Positions 63,608-64,000 of a stretch of DNA of 64,000 nucleotides are shown here, one piece after another. This DNA comes from the human T2T-CHM13v2.0 reference genome, Homo sapiens: the NCBI RefSeq assembly GCF_009914755.1, contig NC_060925.1; one strand, 5' to 3'. A program made the translations under genes and the position numbers. Each line of letters begins with the position of its first letter. The stretch's first letter is position 1. The notes beneath the pieces were generated by a model, which saw only the letters and a list, made by a program, of their open reading frames with translations, was not told the DNA's origin and did not search any database.

Positions 63608-64000
63608 GGATATTTCAATATCTTAGTACAACCTGCTGTAATGTTTAAGAATCTATTATATAGTATCTCTAACAAATTGTAATCTTTTTGTATAAGTGCT
63701 TCCAGAGATGAGACTTTATTGCATTTTAAGACAAGCCATTTTATTGTTAGATAACCCAAAACATAAGGAATTTATGTTGCGACAAAATTTTTGCCCTACC
63801 TACCTTTTTACTCATTGGTTCTAATTCTCTGTCTTGTGGGGAAATAGTAAGTGGACAGCTTTCATAGACAAATATTTAAATGTTTAGACAGGAATCATTT
63901 ATCCTTCTCATCCTAGGCTAAATACACCATCAACTGTTTTACAGACAACACATTTTCATACTCTTCTCAACTAGGGGCCTTCTATTCTGAATGCATTCCA

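Overview
Primate (most likely human) genomic DNA from inside the PKN2 (protein kinase N2 / PRK2) gene, transcribed on the + strand. The window holds about 48 kb of intron 1, one 301-nt coding exon (48397-48697, the HR1a Rho-binding coiled coil) and about 15 kb of intron 2. Nearly all other ORFs in the track derive from L1 or Alu repeats or are chance ORFs. The introns are dense with transposable elements: about 27 Alu/FLAM pieces, a 5.7-kb antisense L1PA with disrupted ORF1/ORF2, older L1PB/L1MA/L1MC fragments, MER39, MST and MLT LTRs, and TcMar DNA transposons (MER6-like, Tigger4a, MER2, half MADE1). Subfamily names come from recalled consensus sequences, not from a RepeatMasker run. I find no firm evidence of a wholly new biological system. 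The best leads are: (1) an apparent ancient L1 3' transduction of about 1.1 kb splitting a MER39 LTR; (2) a weak exon-2 donor followed by in-frame read-through, AATAAA and a stop, which could yield an HR1a-only PKN2 product with a hydrophobic tail, plus a nearby strong alternative donor that would add a premature stop; (3) a locally copied Alu-Alu junction; (4) an old L1 that keeps its 5' end and ORF1 but lacks about 2.6 kb of ORF2 and has an inverted 3' piece.
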